DNA of 64,000 nt from Octopus bimaculoides. Taxonomy: Eukaryota. Below are positions 37,940-50,662 of this stretch, in pieces. Made by a program: the position numbers and the translations under genes. The notes beneath the pieces are model-generated. The model saw only the letters and a program-made list of their open reading frames with translations. It did no database searches and was not told the DNA's origin. Every line of letters begins with the position of its first letter. Position 1 is the first letter of the stretch. The stretch is taken from positions 17,264,390 through 17,328,389 of the forward strand of contig NC_069002.1 in assembly GCF_001194135.2 (NCBI RefSeq), in the 5' to 3' direction.

Positions 37940-38400
37940 TCACTTTTGTTTTCTTTATTTTGTTTACATTTCTCTAACAAGTGGAGCAGCCAATACCACC
38001 ACCACCACCACCACCACCTTCTTCTTCTTCTTCTTCTTCTTACTCTCTTGCTTTCATTTTCTCTTTTCCCCTACATTCTCCTTCTTTGTCTCTTCCTGTT
38101 TCTTCTTTGTTCCCTTTTTCTCCCTATTCTTCATTTTATCTCTACTCTCTATCTCTCTCTGCACTCTCTCTTTCTCACTTTCCTCTCTCTCTCATTATCC
38201 TCTTTCACATTTCTCTTTTCCCTTTCTCTCTCTCTCTCTCTTCCCTGTCTTGTTTTTCTTTTCTCTTTTCTCCTCCCCCTGTCTCTCTCTGTTACTCTTC
38301 TTTCTCTCCTCCTTTTTCTATTCTCCCCCCCCCTCTCTCCTTCCCCTTTCTCTGTTGCTCTTCTCCCTCTCATTCTGATTCTAGATTTTTCTCATACACT
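37940..38400. repeat. pyrimidine-rich (CT/CTT) low-complexity tract
   Basis: Degenerate CT/TTC repeats. The overlapping ORFs are compositional artefacts. Confidence 0.9.
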
Positions 38401-38639
38401 CTACTGATGACAATGACCATGATGAAAAATAAGAGTTAGAAGAAAAACTAAAATTAATTGGAAGTAAAAAAAACAAAAACAGTATTTACTGAAAATATAT
38501 TGATTCATTTTTCTACCCGACATACAATATTATTGATTGTAAAAATGAAAATAAAACATGTAACAATTATCTTTTTTTTATTAGAAAAAAAAACTTGTTA
38601 ACAATGGTGTTTGAATTACAACACAGTCTACCTTGATTT

Positions 38640-39045
38640 GGTATATTATCATGGTTTTAATGCCCACTTTTCCATGCTTGCATGGACTGGATTGAATTTG
38701 TTGAAGAAGATTTTCTATGGATGGATGCCTTTCCTATTGCCAAGTCTTGTTTGTTTCCAAGTAAGGAAATATTACCCCATAGCCAGACATGTTTTTCATG
38801 GAAGATTGGAAACAAAGGACATGGCATGTATGATGTTGACATTCATTTTTTGTCTATCATGTAATAAAAGACATGGACACACACACAGATATACAACAAA
38901 CTTCTTTCACTTTCCATTTACTAAGTCCACTTGCAAGGCTTCAGTTGGCCTGGGGCTATTGTGGAAGACACTTGCTTAAACTGCCATGAAGTGGAAGTGA
39001 ACCAAAACCATGTGGTTAGGTAGGAAACTTAAACATTCAGCCACA
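38640..39045 (-). mobile_element. RTE-tailed SINE copy
   Basis: Reverse complement of 21735-22160. Confidence 0.8.
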
Positions 39046-39434
39046 CCTACATCTGTCTATATTGATTGGTAATCTGCGATATGCATATGGAGATGTATGT
39101 TTGTTTTCTGATGCTTTTACAGTTAAAATAAGAAGATTCTAGCTTCCAACTCATTAAACATAGCAGTATTTCTGTAACGTTTGTTTTTGTTTTTGTTTTT
39201 TAACGTAAATTAGTCAGAGGAGGGTCAGTGTTTATGACCTTTGTGGGTCCTCTCAAACTGGATCGGTGAGATTGACATAGCCTGATGTTTTTGCATAGGT
39301 TAGTGCCTATAAGAAAGAAATTATGGAGGAAATTGAATTAGGTTGCAGTTGTGGGAATGATGGATCAGGCGAAATATTTAGTAGTGGGGTCTGGGTGTTG
39401 AAATACAGTAAGGGTGGAAAGGGGTAAAAAAAAA

Positions 39435-39690
39435 AAAAGGTAAAGATAAAGTTCTTCCTGAGTCATGCCGACTCATGAGAGCTGGTTTCTTGGTTTCATA
39501 GCATATATATTCCCCACCTGGACAGGACATTGGTCCATCACAGGATTACTCATTTTTACCTGCTGAGTGGATTGGAGCAATGTGAAATGAAGTGTTTTGC
39601 TCAAGAACACAATACATTGCTTGGCCCAGGAACTGAAACCACAATCTTATGATCATGAGTCCAACTTCCTAACCACTAAGCGATGTGCAT
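39435..39690 (-). mobile_element. SINE of the 23575-23877 family (older copy)
   Basis: GGAGCAATGTGAAATGAAGTGTTTTGCTCAAGAACACAA..AACCACAATCTTATGATCATGA..CCTAACCACTAAG. Confidence 0.8.
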
Positions 39691-40112
39691 CCACCAGGGG
39701 TAAAAGCAGAGATAGGATGAGTGAAAATGGGTTGGGGAAAGAGTACATTGTGAGATCAATGCAGATGATACTCTTCTGTAGGTCAATGTTTGTAGTAAAT
39801 ATTTGGGTAAATGGAGCTGGGGTGAGGGGCTTGAATTGCGTCCATATGCATGTAAGTTTTTGAGGTCTACTAAAAGCATTAAAAGATTGGGTGGTAGTAT
39901 TGATCTAGGTGTTGTATTAAGTTTACCACCCAAATTAAAGACATCTGAGGATGAGGTGTAGTGTTAAACCAATGTCTTATGATAACCACCTAAACTGATA
40001 GCACCAAAAAATCAGAAGATTTAACTTCAAAATAAAGGCTCCAAACAATAAATTGGGTGTTGTATTAAATCTATGATTCAAATCAAAGGCACTCAACAAC
40101 CAAGTGGTACTG

Positions 40113-40552
40113 TTAATCCTTTCATTAACATATTTTTGTTGAAATACATTATCTTCGTTTCAATTAGTTTTGAAAATAAAGAATTCATTAAAATAACACT
40201 GTCGTTATTAATCCTTTGAACCTGGTGTATGTTTTCTTGGGTGCGATTTTGTTTGACTCCACCCCTGGAGGATGCAAAAGCTAGCAGCTACATGATTTTG
40301 TGCTTATGGCTAAAAATAATGATGTTTCTGCCAATTAGCAAGCTGCCCACTTTTGCTTTTTCTAGGGGTACAGTCATATGAAATCACACCTGCTAAAGTG
40401 TACCTGTGAGTTCAAAGGCTACAGCTGTCTGATGTTTGAAACTTAAATTAACATAAAATTTTGATAGGTTTTAATTAAGATCATTTTAAATAAGAGGGTT
40501 TGTATCATAGAACCAAGGGCAGTTTCAGGCAGGTTGGTATCAAAAGGATTAA
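40113..40552. mobile_element. TTAA-flanked MITE containing a nested second MITE (40212-40419)
   Basis: Outer termini TTAATCCTTT / AAAGGATTAA, with family pieces at ~32930-33140, 43815-43955 and 49560-49720. Inner inverted termini CCTTTGAAC..GGTG(C/T)GATTT / AAATCACACC..GTTCAAAGG. Confidence 0.7.
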
Positions 40553-40560
40553 ATCATTTA

Positions 40561-40963
40561 GATGCAGGCGTGGCTGTAGGGTAAGAAGTTTGCTTCCCAA
40601 CCACATGGTTCCAGATTCAGTCCCACTGTGTGACACCTTGGCAAGTGTCTTCTACTATAGTCTCAAGCCAACCAAAACCTTGTGAGTAGATTTGGTAGAA
40701 GGAAACTGAAAGAAGCCCATAATATATATACGTGTGTGTGTTTGTGTTTGTCCCCCACCACCACTTGACAACCAGTGTTGGTGTGTTTATATCCCTGTAA
40801 CTTAGCAGTTAGGCAAAATGGCTTGATAGAATAAGTACTAGGCTTTGCAAAAAAAAGTAAGTACTGGGGTCAATTTCTTTGGTTAAAATTCTTCAAGGTG
40901 GTGCCCCAGCATGGCCATAGTCTAATGACTGAAACGAGTAAAAGAAAGATAAAAGATAAAAGA
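40561..40963 (+). mobile_element. full-length SINE (GATAAAA-tailed family)
   Basis: Colinear with 15105-15525 and ends AAAGATAAAAGATAAAAGA. Confidence 0.88.
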
Positions 40964-42449
40964 TTTGAGTTTTTTGGAGGGGGTTGAGGATCTACTCCAA
41001 AAGTAAAGGCATCTCAGAACCGGATGATACTGTTGAAGCTGATCGCTATCTAGATGCACTGTCCAAAGCAGAGGCACCCAAGAACTAAGTGGTGGGTGGT
41101 CTTAAACCAAATGACTTGTTAGGTCTCTTACTTTGCATTGCAAATAGAGAAATGCAAAAATAAAATTAAAAGTTTTCATTGATAAAAAAAAAAATTAATC
41201 TTCAAATGAAAAATGGGAGTTTTTATTTATTTTTTTAAAACTCATAATTTATTTCTAGTTTGTAACATTTCAAAAAAAGAATTTCTGTTATTACGTCATA
41301 CAGAAAATGTTTAAATGTCAGAAACAATTTAATAGTCTATCCATGCCATTAGCTAATTAATTAGAAATGAGTGAATGTAAAATACCATGCAATGCCATGG
41401 TGATGCATATTGGGAAAGCTGAGAATATATTTCACTATTGAACTGATGTAAGATGAAGATACAAGGCCTAGTGGTTAGGGTGTTCAGCTTGGAATGAATG
41501 GTGTGGGTTCAATTTTTGGACTGGGTAGCATGTTGTATTCTTGAACACTTAATTTCAGTTGAGTAGACCAGAGCAATGTGAAATGGGGTACCAGCTGAGT
41601 GCTGACATGTTTGTCTTCCTCTCCGACTGTCATATCATGAATGTAGCACTGGATCAAAGGTTGGGAGAGCTGAGAGGGTGTCATTGTCTGCTCATGACTA
41701 CATGAGAGCCTACTACATGTTACCAAGCTATACTTGTTCATGGTAACACCTGTCTCTTATATGACTGATTTAACCCCTTAGCATTTGAAATGGCCACATC
41801 AGGCCTAAATATTATATTTTTTATATTCAAACTGGCCAGATCTAGATTTTGACACCTCCCTTACAATGTATTTCTAAAAATAAACAATCACATCATAAAA
41901 AGTTCAAAGCTGTGAGATAATACACAATCAATTTAAAAAGAATGTGAATAAATAAGCATTACATTTGACAGTGTAATCTGAATGCTAAATGGTTTGGGCA
42001 ATGGATTAGCAAAATTTTTAGAGTATTGGTCAAAGTGCTGGGTGACATTAGTTCTTGTCCTCAGTTTAAATCTTACTGATGCCAACTTTGCCTTCCATCT
42101 ATTTGGGGTCAATAAAATGAAAGTATAAAGTACAGGGTCTGATGCAATTGACTGTTCCTGCCATTTACATAAATTTTTTAGCCTTGCACCAATGTAGAGA
42201 ATCAACATTTCATTGTTTTTTTATTGAAACTTTTTTCATATGTTTATCTTTTTTTCTCACATTTTTCATATTATTTTTACTTATATTACATGGATTTGAG
42301 GAAAGAAAATTTTTTTTTTTTTTTACTTTGCCAAAGTACTTTTCCAATGAAATACTACCAGTCTCTCACTCCAGTTTAGCTACACTAGTTTTCAGGAATC
42401 TTTTTTTCTTTCTATACTTCTGTATGTTGTCGTTTCATCATCATTATCA

Positions 42450-43010
42450 TCATCATTATTTAATGTCCGTTTTCCATGCTGGCATGGGTTGGACAGAGCT
42501 GGCAAGCAGGAGAGCTGTACCAGGTTCCAGTCTGATTTGTCCTGGTTTCTGTGGCTGGATACCCTTCCCAATACCAACCATTTTACAAAATTGGGTGCTT
42601 TTCTATGTGACACCAGCACAAGTGCTTTTACCTGGTACCGGCACAGGACTCTTGCAGGCCAATCCTCTTCTGCTGTGGAGGATGGTTCTTCTTGGGAACA
42701 GAAAGGCACCAGATGTCTCACTCCTTTGTCATCTCCTTCATATCAGTGTCCTGAGGTCATCCTTCAGTACTTCATCTCATCTCTTCTTAGGTCTCCCTCT
42801 TCCACAAGTTCCATCCACTTTGTTGTTTGTTGATGTTTAACTCCAGGTCAATCCTGACTGAACAGATCTGTATTCTAAAGCATACCAGCCATGACCATCC
42901 ATCTTGCTTTATGAACTCAAAACTCTTACATTGTTGTTTCTCATGGAGAAATAGTACGGTTTTTGTAGTTTGACTTGTTACTTCTTCCTGCATGATTTTT
43001 ATACAAGGTG
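42450..43010 (-). mobile_element. RTE LINE 3' fragment with tail
   Basis: CATCATCAT..TTTCCATGCTGGCATGGGTTGGAC tail, then CTTAGGTCTCCCTCTTCCACAAGTTCC (minus-strand GRPKKR-type region). Confidence 0.8.
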
Positions 43011-43954
43011 ACAAAGAAAACTTCTATGCAGTGGATCAATCTACTAAAAATAGCAGCCAAATTTTTTTGACCCCTACTCTATAATTGTATTAAAAAAAAA
43101 ATAAATTAAAAAAAAACATTGGATAATGTAGCTTTAGATATACATTCTGAACGAAAATGGGAATTGTCATGGCTGAACACTTTTTGGTCAAAGACCTACT
43201 CTGTTAGGGCTGACTCAACAACATATTTTTATACTTCCAATTTTATTTCCCTGATGATATAGGCATGTCCTTAAGTTACTTGTTTTTGAACAGGGTGTAT
43301 AATGGTAGTTTCTGATTTACATTCAGAGCCAGAAATTTTGAGTAGGAGTGGTACTTTATTTTATCAAGCCCCAGAGGGATGAATGGCAAAAGTCAGCCAT
43401 GACAAGATTTGAACTCACAACATAAGGATCTGGAAAATAGTATATGATAATGATGGTAATGATGATACTTTAGGGCCATTGAGAGAAATTTAGGAAGTCA
43501 AAACAAGACTGATTTCAGCACCCCAGAAATGTGGACTCTCAGAATTCAGAGAACTTGTGAGTTTTTCTTTCTTCAGGATGCAGCCTGGTGGATAGTCACA
43601 GGCCTCTTCCTTGACTGTCCACACCCTGAGCCAATGTACCAGCTGCCCCCCCCCCCATATATCTTACAGGTTCTTTACCTAGTAGTATTATAATCATTTA
43701 TAACTGAATGAAGTTCCAGCCTACAATGCCACAGATTGGTTCATATTACACCAGAGATATTACTGGTGTTCTGAGCACTTGTCTAATATTTCATGCCTAA
43801 TTAAAAGATCATTATTAACCCTTTTGTTACCAACCTGTTGGAGACAGCTCTTGGTTCTATGATACAAACTTCCAGATTTAAAGTGACCTACATCAAAACT
43901 CGACATCAGTTTCATGTTAAATTATGTTCTAAACACTAGCTTAATAATGACAGT

Positions 43955-45860
43955 TCATCATCATCATCCTTTAATGTCCATTTTCTCTGCTGGCATGGGT
44001 TGGACGGTTTGACCAAGGTCGGTAAGCCAGAGAGCTGCACCAGATTCCAGTCTGACTTGGCTTGGTTTCTATGGCTGGATGCCCTTCTTAATGCCAACCA
44101 CTTTAGAGTTTACTGGTTGCTTTTAACGTGGCACTGGCACAAGTGCTTTTACATGGCACTGGCTTGAGTGGTTTCTACATGGCACCAGCACAGGACACTT
44201 GCAGGCCAATCCTCTTCACCAGGGCATGTCACCTTCTTGAGTACAGCAAGGTGCCAGGTATCTCAGTCCTTTGTCATCTCATCCAAAAGGTTCAGTGTTC
44301 AGTGTCCCATGTCTTCTACGAGTTCTGTCCGCTTTGAGTGAACAGCTCTTGTTTATGGAACTATCAGCATCTATCTGCATCACATGACCAAACCAGTGCA
44401 GTCTTTTCCCTTGCACACTGCATCTAATTCCTCTTATGATTAACTTCTTTCTCAATACGCTTGCGTTCTGTTGCACATGTACACTTACATTACACACCCA
44501 GTGGAGCATACTAACCTCATTCTTTTCTAACCTTTGCATGTCTTCTGCATTCAGGGCCCATGTCTTACTACCATGTAGAATTGCTATTCGTATGCATGCA
44601 TCATACAATCTTTCACTTGGAGAGAGAACCCTTTGGTTGCCAACAGAGGTAAAAACTCTGAATTTTCTCCATCCTATTCTTATTCTAGCTATTACACTGC
44701 TTGTACATCCTCTCCCACTATTAATTTGGTCCATAGGTAGCAGAAATTATTCACTACATCTAAAGAGCCTCTGGGGCATTTGAAAAAATCAATTTCCTGA
44801 ATATCTGTAGTTTTTATGACTCCTGTGCATCTTCCACATACAAAACCACAGTCTCTGATAACCTTCCACTGTACCTCTGTGTGTTCATTGCTTACACTGG
44901 GTACATTGTATAGAATTCCTGTCTACATCTTTCCTACAAATCAAGCAGAGCCACTTACCAGAAGTGGTTAGGGTCCTGTTTATTTTCTTGCTTAATAAGA
45001 CCCTAGGTTTTGCTAAATTAACCTTAAGGCCCTTAGATTCCAGGTTTTGCTTCCATGCCTGCAATTTCTTTTCCAGCTCTGATATGGAATCTGCTGAGTG
45101 CAAGATCATTAGCATATAGTAGTTTGCAGGGACTGCCAGTCTTGAATTCCTTTGTAATGGCCTAGAGGACAATGATGAAAAGTAGGGGACTGAGGACTGA
45201 GTCTTGAGGGACACCTCCCTGTACACCAAATTCTTCACTGTACTCATTTTTAACTCTCACCTTATTGACAGCACTCCTGTACATGGTCTGTACAGCTTTC
45301 ACAAGCCACTTGTCTACCCCTAGCCTCTTCAGAGTCCACCATATCATACAGCTATCAATGGCTTTCTCTATGTCAACAAATACCAAGTATAATGGTTTAT
45401 TCTCAGCCAAGTATTCCTCTTGAAGTTGCTTCTCTGGAGGGATCAAAGTCAAACTACATTTTGTCTAGACTAATTCTGCTCCTAATTAATTGGATTATAA
45501 CTCTCTCCATAATTTTTATCACATGTTTGATGCCTCTATAACTGCTTCTAAGGCATCTCCTTTACCCTTGTAGCAGCTAACAATAATGTTGTCACACCAG
45601 TCACAGGTATTATGCCATCCTGAATAACCAGATCAACTATGTGGGTGACTAGTCCATATCCTACCTTACCAGATATTTGGAGCATCTCAGTGGTGACTCT
45701 GGATGGGCCAAGGGCTTTCCTTGTTTTCATGTCTTTAAGTGCCTTATCTACCATATTGCTGTCCACTGGGATAGCTGGTCCCTCTGTTGGGTTCACATGA
45801 GGGAGATTCCCTTTATCCCATTCATTCTCCATGTTTAATAGCCTTGCGTAGTAACCCTTC
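43955..45860 (-). mobile_element. RTE-clade LINE remnant with reverse transcriptase domain
   Basis: Minus-strand peptides KDMKTRKALGPS, LYLVFVDIEKAID, GVPQDSVLSPLLFIIVL, LESKGLKVNLAK, ARIRIGWRKFR and ILHGSKTWAL, plus the shared (GAT)n tail. Frameshifted. Confidence 0.93.
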
Positions 45861-46699
45861 AACACTGCTTTCTTGTCTATTTTACTAAATTCATTATTTT
45901 AAAAATAAATTGAGACATAAGCATTGTGTTTCAATAGAAATATAGTAACAAAAGGGTTAAACTAAAACAAACAAAAAAAAATAATCTCCCTCTAAAAATT
46001 AAAAGCAGTATTAATTCTTGTTTTAATAGATATGATAGATTATCCTTTAATATCTGTTTCATATTGAAAGTTTTGTTGGTACGAAAGACTGATAGCTGTT
46101 TAAAAATTCTTTTAAAAAGATCATAAATAAAAGCTTGTAGCAAATTGAAAATATATCTACATTTGCCAAAACCATTAATTGATACGTGAAAAAGAAATAT
46201 GTCTGATAAATTCAAAAAAAAAAGAAAAACCAAACATAATTTATTTACATCAGTTGCTGTTTTTTTTTTTAAGTTTTGCTCTATTTGCTCCTTTCTGTTG
46301 CATCCTTTATCCACTTATCCAAATTATCAGGAACTCTAAAAGATAAATTATATCAAGGTTTGCTGTCATCCAATAGAATTTTGTTGATGTTATCATCTAT
46401 TAGAGAGAATTTTTTTTTTCTTTTTGATAAATGATAAATGACTTTTTTGAAAACTTTTCCTTGGAACTTCCTGCTTCTGGTTTTCCATCCATTTATGCTT
46501 TTAATGTCAGCACTAAACTATTGAAATGGTGGTGGTGGTGGTGGATGGAGGCAGGATATGATTTAGTTTTTATTCTCTATTGTTACTGTTTCTTTTCTCT
46601 TACATCACTACAGATAATCTGCAGAAAAGGCATGGAAGTCAATTTTATGTCCTCTCCCCATACAGGACATCTTGAGTTTGTCTGTCTGTCTCTCTCTCC

Positions 46700-46736
<37 letters not shown>

Positions 46737-46789
46737 GTGTGGATGTAGAATCGGTGCAGTTGACAGAGTTCAGGAAAAAAAAAAAAGGC

Positions 46790-47700
46790 ATGAAACCATT
46801 ATTGTTTAAGATTTATTCAAAATTCAAGATACATGAAGCTACTAGATCTGTATATTGCATAGTTATTCAATATAACCCCTCCCAGCTTCAATAACCTCTT
46901 CAAAGCAACCATAGAACCGGTGCGTCTCATAGTTGCAACTCATAAATCTTGGAATGCCTGGAAAAGGCACTGTTTCAGCTCTTCCTTGCTGTTGCAGACA
47001 GTCTTGTTGATGAATCTTTCAACTCCACCTCAGAAGGAAATAGTTCAGAAGATTGCAGTCTGGAGAGTTAGGGGCCACGTCTTGGCTGACGTGGTCATAA
47101 AAGTTGTCTGAGAGCCACTTTTGAGTCTTCCTGGCCATGAGTGCAGGTGTAGAATCTTGCTTGAACACATAAGGTCTTCCTCCTGCTGCCACCTCTTCAG
47201 TCCAGGGCTTCACCTCCTAGTACACATCCTGATAGCACCTGGCTCACGTTAAATATGGGGGGTGGGCATAACATATCCCTCACTGTCATTTGTGTCAGAG
47301 ACCATGATATGGACAGGAAACTTGGTTTTCATGACCTTGGGAACATCATGTGAGGTAACTGCTAACCACCTGTTATTCTGCTTGTTGTGTGCCTTGTGCT
47401 AGCAAAAGATTCTTTCATCTGAGAAATACCACATTTAATTCCAGGGGATATTTCTTGGCCCTCTTTATGCAGTTCTTCTTGGATTTCGGAGTGAGCTGCT
47501 GTCCTGTCTGCATTTTGTAAGACACACAGGTCCTAACAGTCTTGTCATCAAAACCCAGTTATCTGGCAATCTCACTTATCTGAATGGAGGATGGGTCTTC
47601 CTTAATGAACTGTTCAACTTCATAGATGAAATCAGCATCTCTCACCCTTTGTTTGCTAGCTAGCTGTGATGAATTCATTGCTGCTTTACTGTTTCATTAG
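46790..47700 (-). mobile_element. IS630-Tc1-mariner remnant, maT/DD37D-like
   Basis: Minus-strand WYFSDERIF and PYVFKQDSTPA..KTQKWLSDNF..PNSPDCNLLNY. No clear TIRs. Confidence 0.75.
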
Positions 47701-48068
47701 TATTTTTTTGTTTACTACAATTATGAGTTTTCCTAGCAGCCACAGTGTCAATGTTAAAGTTACTGTCCTCTAACTCCTTTCTCATCCCTTAGACTTACAT
47801 TTTTTTATTATTATTATTGTTGTATTTTGACCTGAAGATTAGCTATATTTTTGAATAGAATTGATTTTCGACAGTTTTAATCGATTTAAATTTTCTTTCT
47901 ATTTGAAAATTGGTTATGAAACACGTGTAGTCGTTTTATTATCATTATCTTATGATATTTACTTTGTATTATATTATAATTATTTATTGTGTTTTTACTT
48001 ATTAATTTTTCTATTTGTGACAGTGGATTTTCATCGATGAGGTCATGAACCTTGGTTCTTTTCCCTAA

Positions 48069-48115
<47 letters not shown>

Positions 48116-48189
48116 CACACACACACACACATACATACATCTACATAACAATCTACTAACTACTCTACTTGTGTATATATAAACTGTGT

Positions 48190-48877
48190 GTATTGGGGTA
48201 TGACTACTTTCTACATATATTTCCTATTTAGTACTGGGGATGTTTCATTTATGAGGACGTACTCCTGTATTTGTCTGAGTGCGGTGTCCTTCGGGTGCTT
48301 GGATAAAAAGTGGATGTCAAGTTTACCCAGTGTGCCTCCATGTTGGTCTTTGGCATGTTGATAGAGTATGGAGGACTGTTTTTTTGTTGTCATATTGTCT
48401 CAAATGTTCATTTAGTCTCTCTGCAATGCTCCTAGATGTCTCACCTATGTATATCATGTTCTTGTCTTTACAAGCACCTTCTTTACACCTTATGCTGTAG
48501 ACTACATTTCTTGTGCTACAGTTAATGCCAGGGGTTAATCTTACAGACCATGCAGTTATCATTGGTGCATGTGGTATTCTCAAAGGGATATGTCCTACAT
48601 AATTGTGATCTGATGGAGCTCCATGGCTTTTCCATGGGCTGTGGCCGCTACAAACATCACTAACCCTAACCCTAATCACTCCTTGATATTTGTCGGTCTT
48701 GTACCACATGTTCACCCTGTTTGCTTTGTCACAAACTCTTTGTATTCTATTCCAGTCTTTACTTCTATATCTAGGGCAGGTACCACTGGTTTCATTACAT
48801 ATAATGCTATCTAACTTCTTTCTAGCACCACTGTATACCTGAACCCTATCTTTCTGATCATATCCAGAGAATTGCAT
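48190..48877 (-). mobile_element. Penelope-like element 3' fragment (RT thumb, Cys-rich linker, GIY-YIG endonuclease)
   Basis: MQFSGY..CPRYRSKDWN..WYKTDKYQGV, alternate-frame CTNDNCMVC, then CSTRNVVYSIRC..YIGETSRSIAERLNEH. After a frameshift, LYQHAKDQH..RQIQEYVLIN..LNRK. Confidence 0.9.
48656..48680. repeat. short telomeric-repeat insertion with 6-bp flanking duplication
   Basis: ATCACT-AACCCTAACCCTA-ATCACT, where 48661-48675 is TAACCCTAACCCTAA. Confidence 0.7.
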
Positions 48878-50089
48878 GTGGTGAATATATGTGTATGTAT
48901 GTGTATAGGCATTAGGAAGAGCATACAGCCATAGAAATCATGCCAGATCAGACTGGAGCCTGGTGCAGCTCCTCAGCTTACTAGCTCTGATCAAACCATC
49001 CAATCCATGCCTGCATAGATAACGGATATAAAATGATGATGATGATGTGTGAGAGGCTGGATCTGGCCAGGTTCAACATAAAACAGGTAGAATATTTAGG
49101 CTGGATTTGGCCGGTTTAAATGCTAAAGGGTTAAACAGATAAAGAAGCCATGACCTGTGTCACTAACAACGGGCATATTTAAGCTTCAAATTTAGTATTT
49201 TTATCTTTTCTCATTTCTTTTAAAATGAAATTTAAAAAAAAAATTATATTTTACCTGGGAAAGTTCTCCATGTTCTGTTTGTTTTAGATGTTTTGAAGAT
49301 GTAACTTCATTTGTTGCGTAGTTCCTTATCAACCTTAATTGAGCTGATCCTCGAAGTTAAAGGCATTCTGTCCTTGTTTCCATTTCTTTTCTTGAAAAAA
49401 AAAAAAAAAATGTTTCTCAGACATTTTGAAGCTTTCCTGTTTTAAGATGGTAGAACTTTATTTGAGGGAAATATTGATGCTATTTCTAGCAAGTTAAGCT
49501 ACATTGCGGTTTCCTCTTTGGTTTGATCAGTCATATAGAGCGCTTATTGTTTTGACTCTTTTGCTACCATATTTCTGTTGAAAAATTGTCATTATTAAGC
49601 CAGTGTTTGGAACATAAATTAACATGGAATTTTGATGGAAAGATTTAACTTGGATCAGTTTAAAACAAGAATTTTGTATAATAGAATCAAGGGCAGTTTC
49701 AGTTAATAACAAGAGTTTAGCAATCATATTAGATGCTCTTTCTTTCAAAGAACAAACACTTAGAAGTTTCTTTGGTTCATTTAGTCTGCAGTTCTTACTT
49801 GTTAACAAATACCTCAAACTGTTTAAACATTTCAAATAGATTTAAATTTCATGATATGATTCTTTTATGCTTTTGTGGGCGTTATATCATCATCATCATT
49901 TTAATACCCACTTGCATGGTTTATAAGATAATTCATTGAAGCAGATTTTTTATTTACAGTTGTATAAATCATAAAAAATATAATTGTCCAACTAACCCCG
50001 CTTTCTAAAATTTCTGGACTTCTGCCAAAATTTGAAACTGTTATTATTACTATTGTGTAACTACAATTTATTGTAACATTGTTTATCAG

Positions 50090-50662
50090 GTCTATCAGGT
50101 GGTGAAATATGATCTTTGGATGTTGAGTCTCATGGAGGTGATGACAAGTAACTGAAACTTTTGGTGAGAGGCAACCATGCTGGTGATGACACGTGAAAGG
50201 CACCTGTGTCAGTGACACATGGGGTACAACTGTGCCAGTGACCCATGAGAGGCAACTGTGTTGCTGATATATGATAAGCACCTGTGCCGATGGCATGTGA
50301 GAGGTACCTATGCCAGTGACCTGTGGGAGGTACCTATGCCACCAGTGACAAATCAGAGGCACCCATGCCAGTGACATGTGAAAGGTACTTGTGCCAGTGA
50401 CACATGGGAGGCAACTGTGCCACTGAGATGTGAGATATAACTGTGCTGCTGACACATGAAAGGCACTTGTGCTAATGACACATGAGAGGCAACTGTGCCA
50501 GTGACACATGAGACACCCATGCCAGTGACATGTGGAAGGTACACATGCTAGTGACATGTAAAAGACACTCAGTACACTCTGAGTTACCAACCCCAGTCAA
50601 ACCGTCTTACCCATGCCAGCGTGGAAAATAGATGCTGAATGATGATGATGATGATGATGATG
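50090..50662 (+). mobile_element. RTE 3' end with expanded ~26-bp minisatellite (15 units, 50176-50569)
   Basis: RTE C-terminal remnant, then degenerate units of consensus TGTGCCAGTGACACATGAGAGGCAAC, then CAGTACACTC..ACCCATGCCAGCGTGGAAA..(GAT)n. Confidence 0.85.

Noticed and set aside
37946-38439. Leu/Ser/Phe-rich ORFs of ~150 aa
   Set aside because: Low-complexity CT tract.
39940-39985. CTGAGGA ... AAAC-CAAT-GTC hammerhead-like spacing
   Set aside because: G12 is missing and there is no stem I or stem II complementarity.
43575-43670. acceptor-like site followed by DAAWWIVTGLFLD
   Set aside because: More like a decayed LINE C-terminal motif than a host exon.
50176-50569. CRISPR-like regular array
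   Set aside because: The units are contiguous and all mutually similar, with no unique spacers, no cas genes and a eukaryotic context.
49901-50590. 229-aa ORF with repeated CHWH-like motifs
   Set aside because: It is the antisense translation of the 26-bp minisatellite, not a plausible protein.
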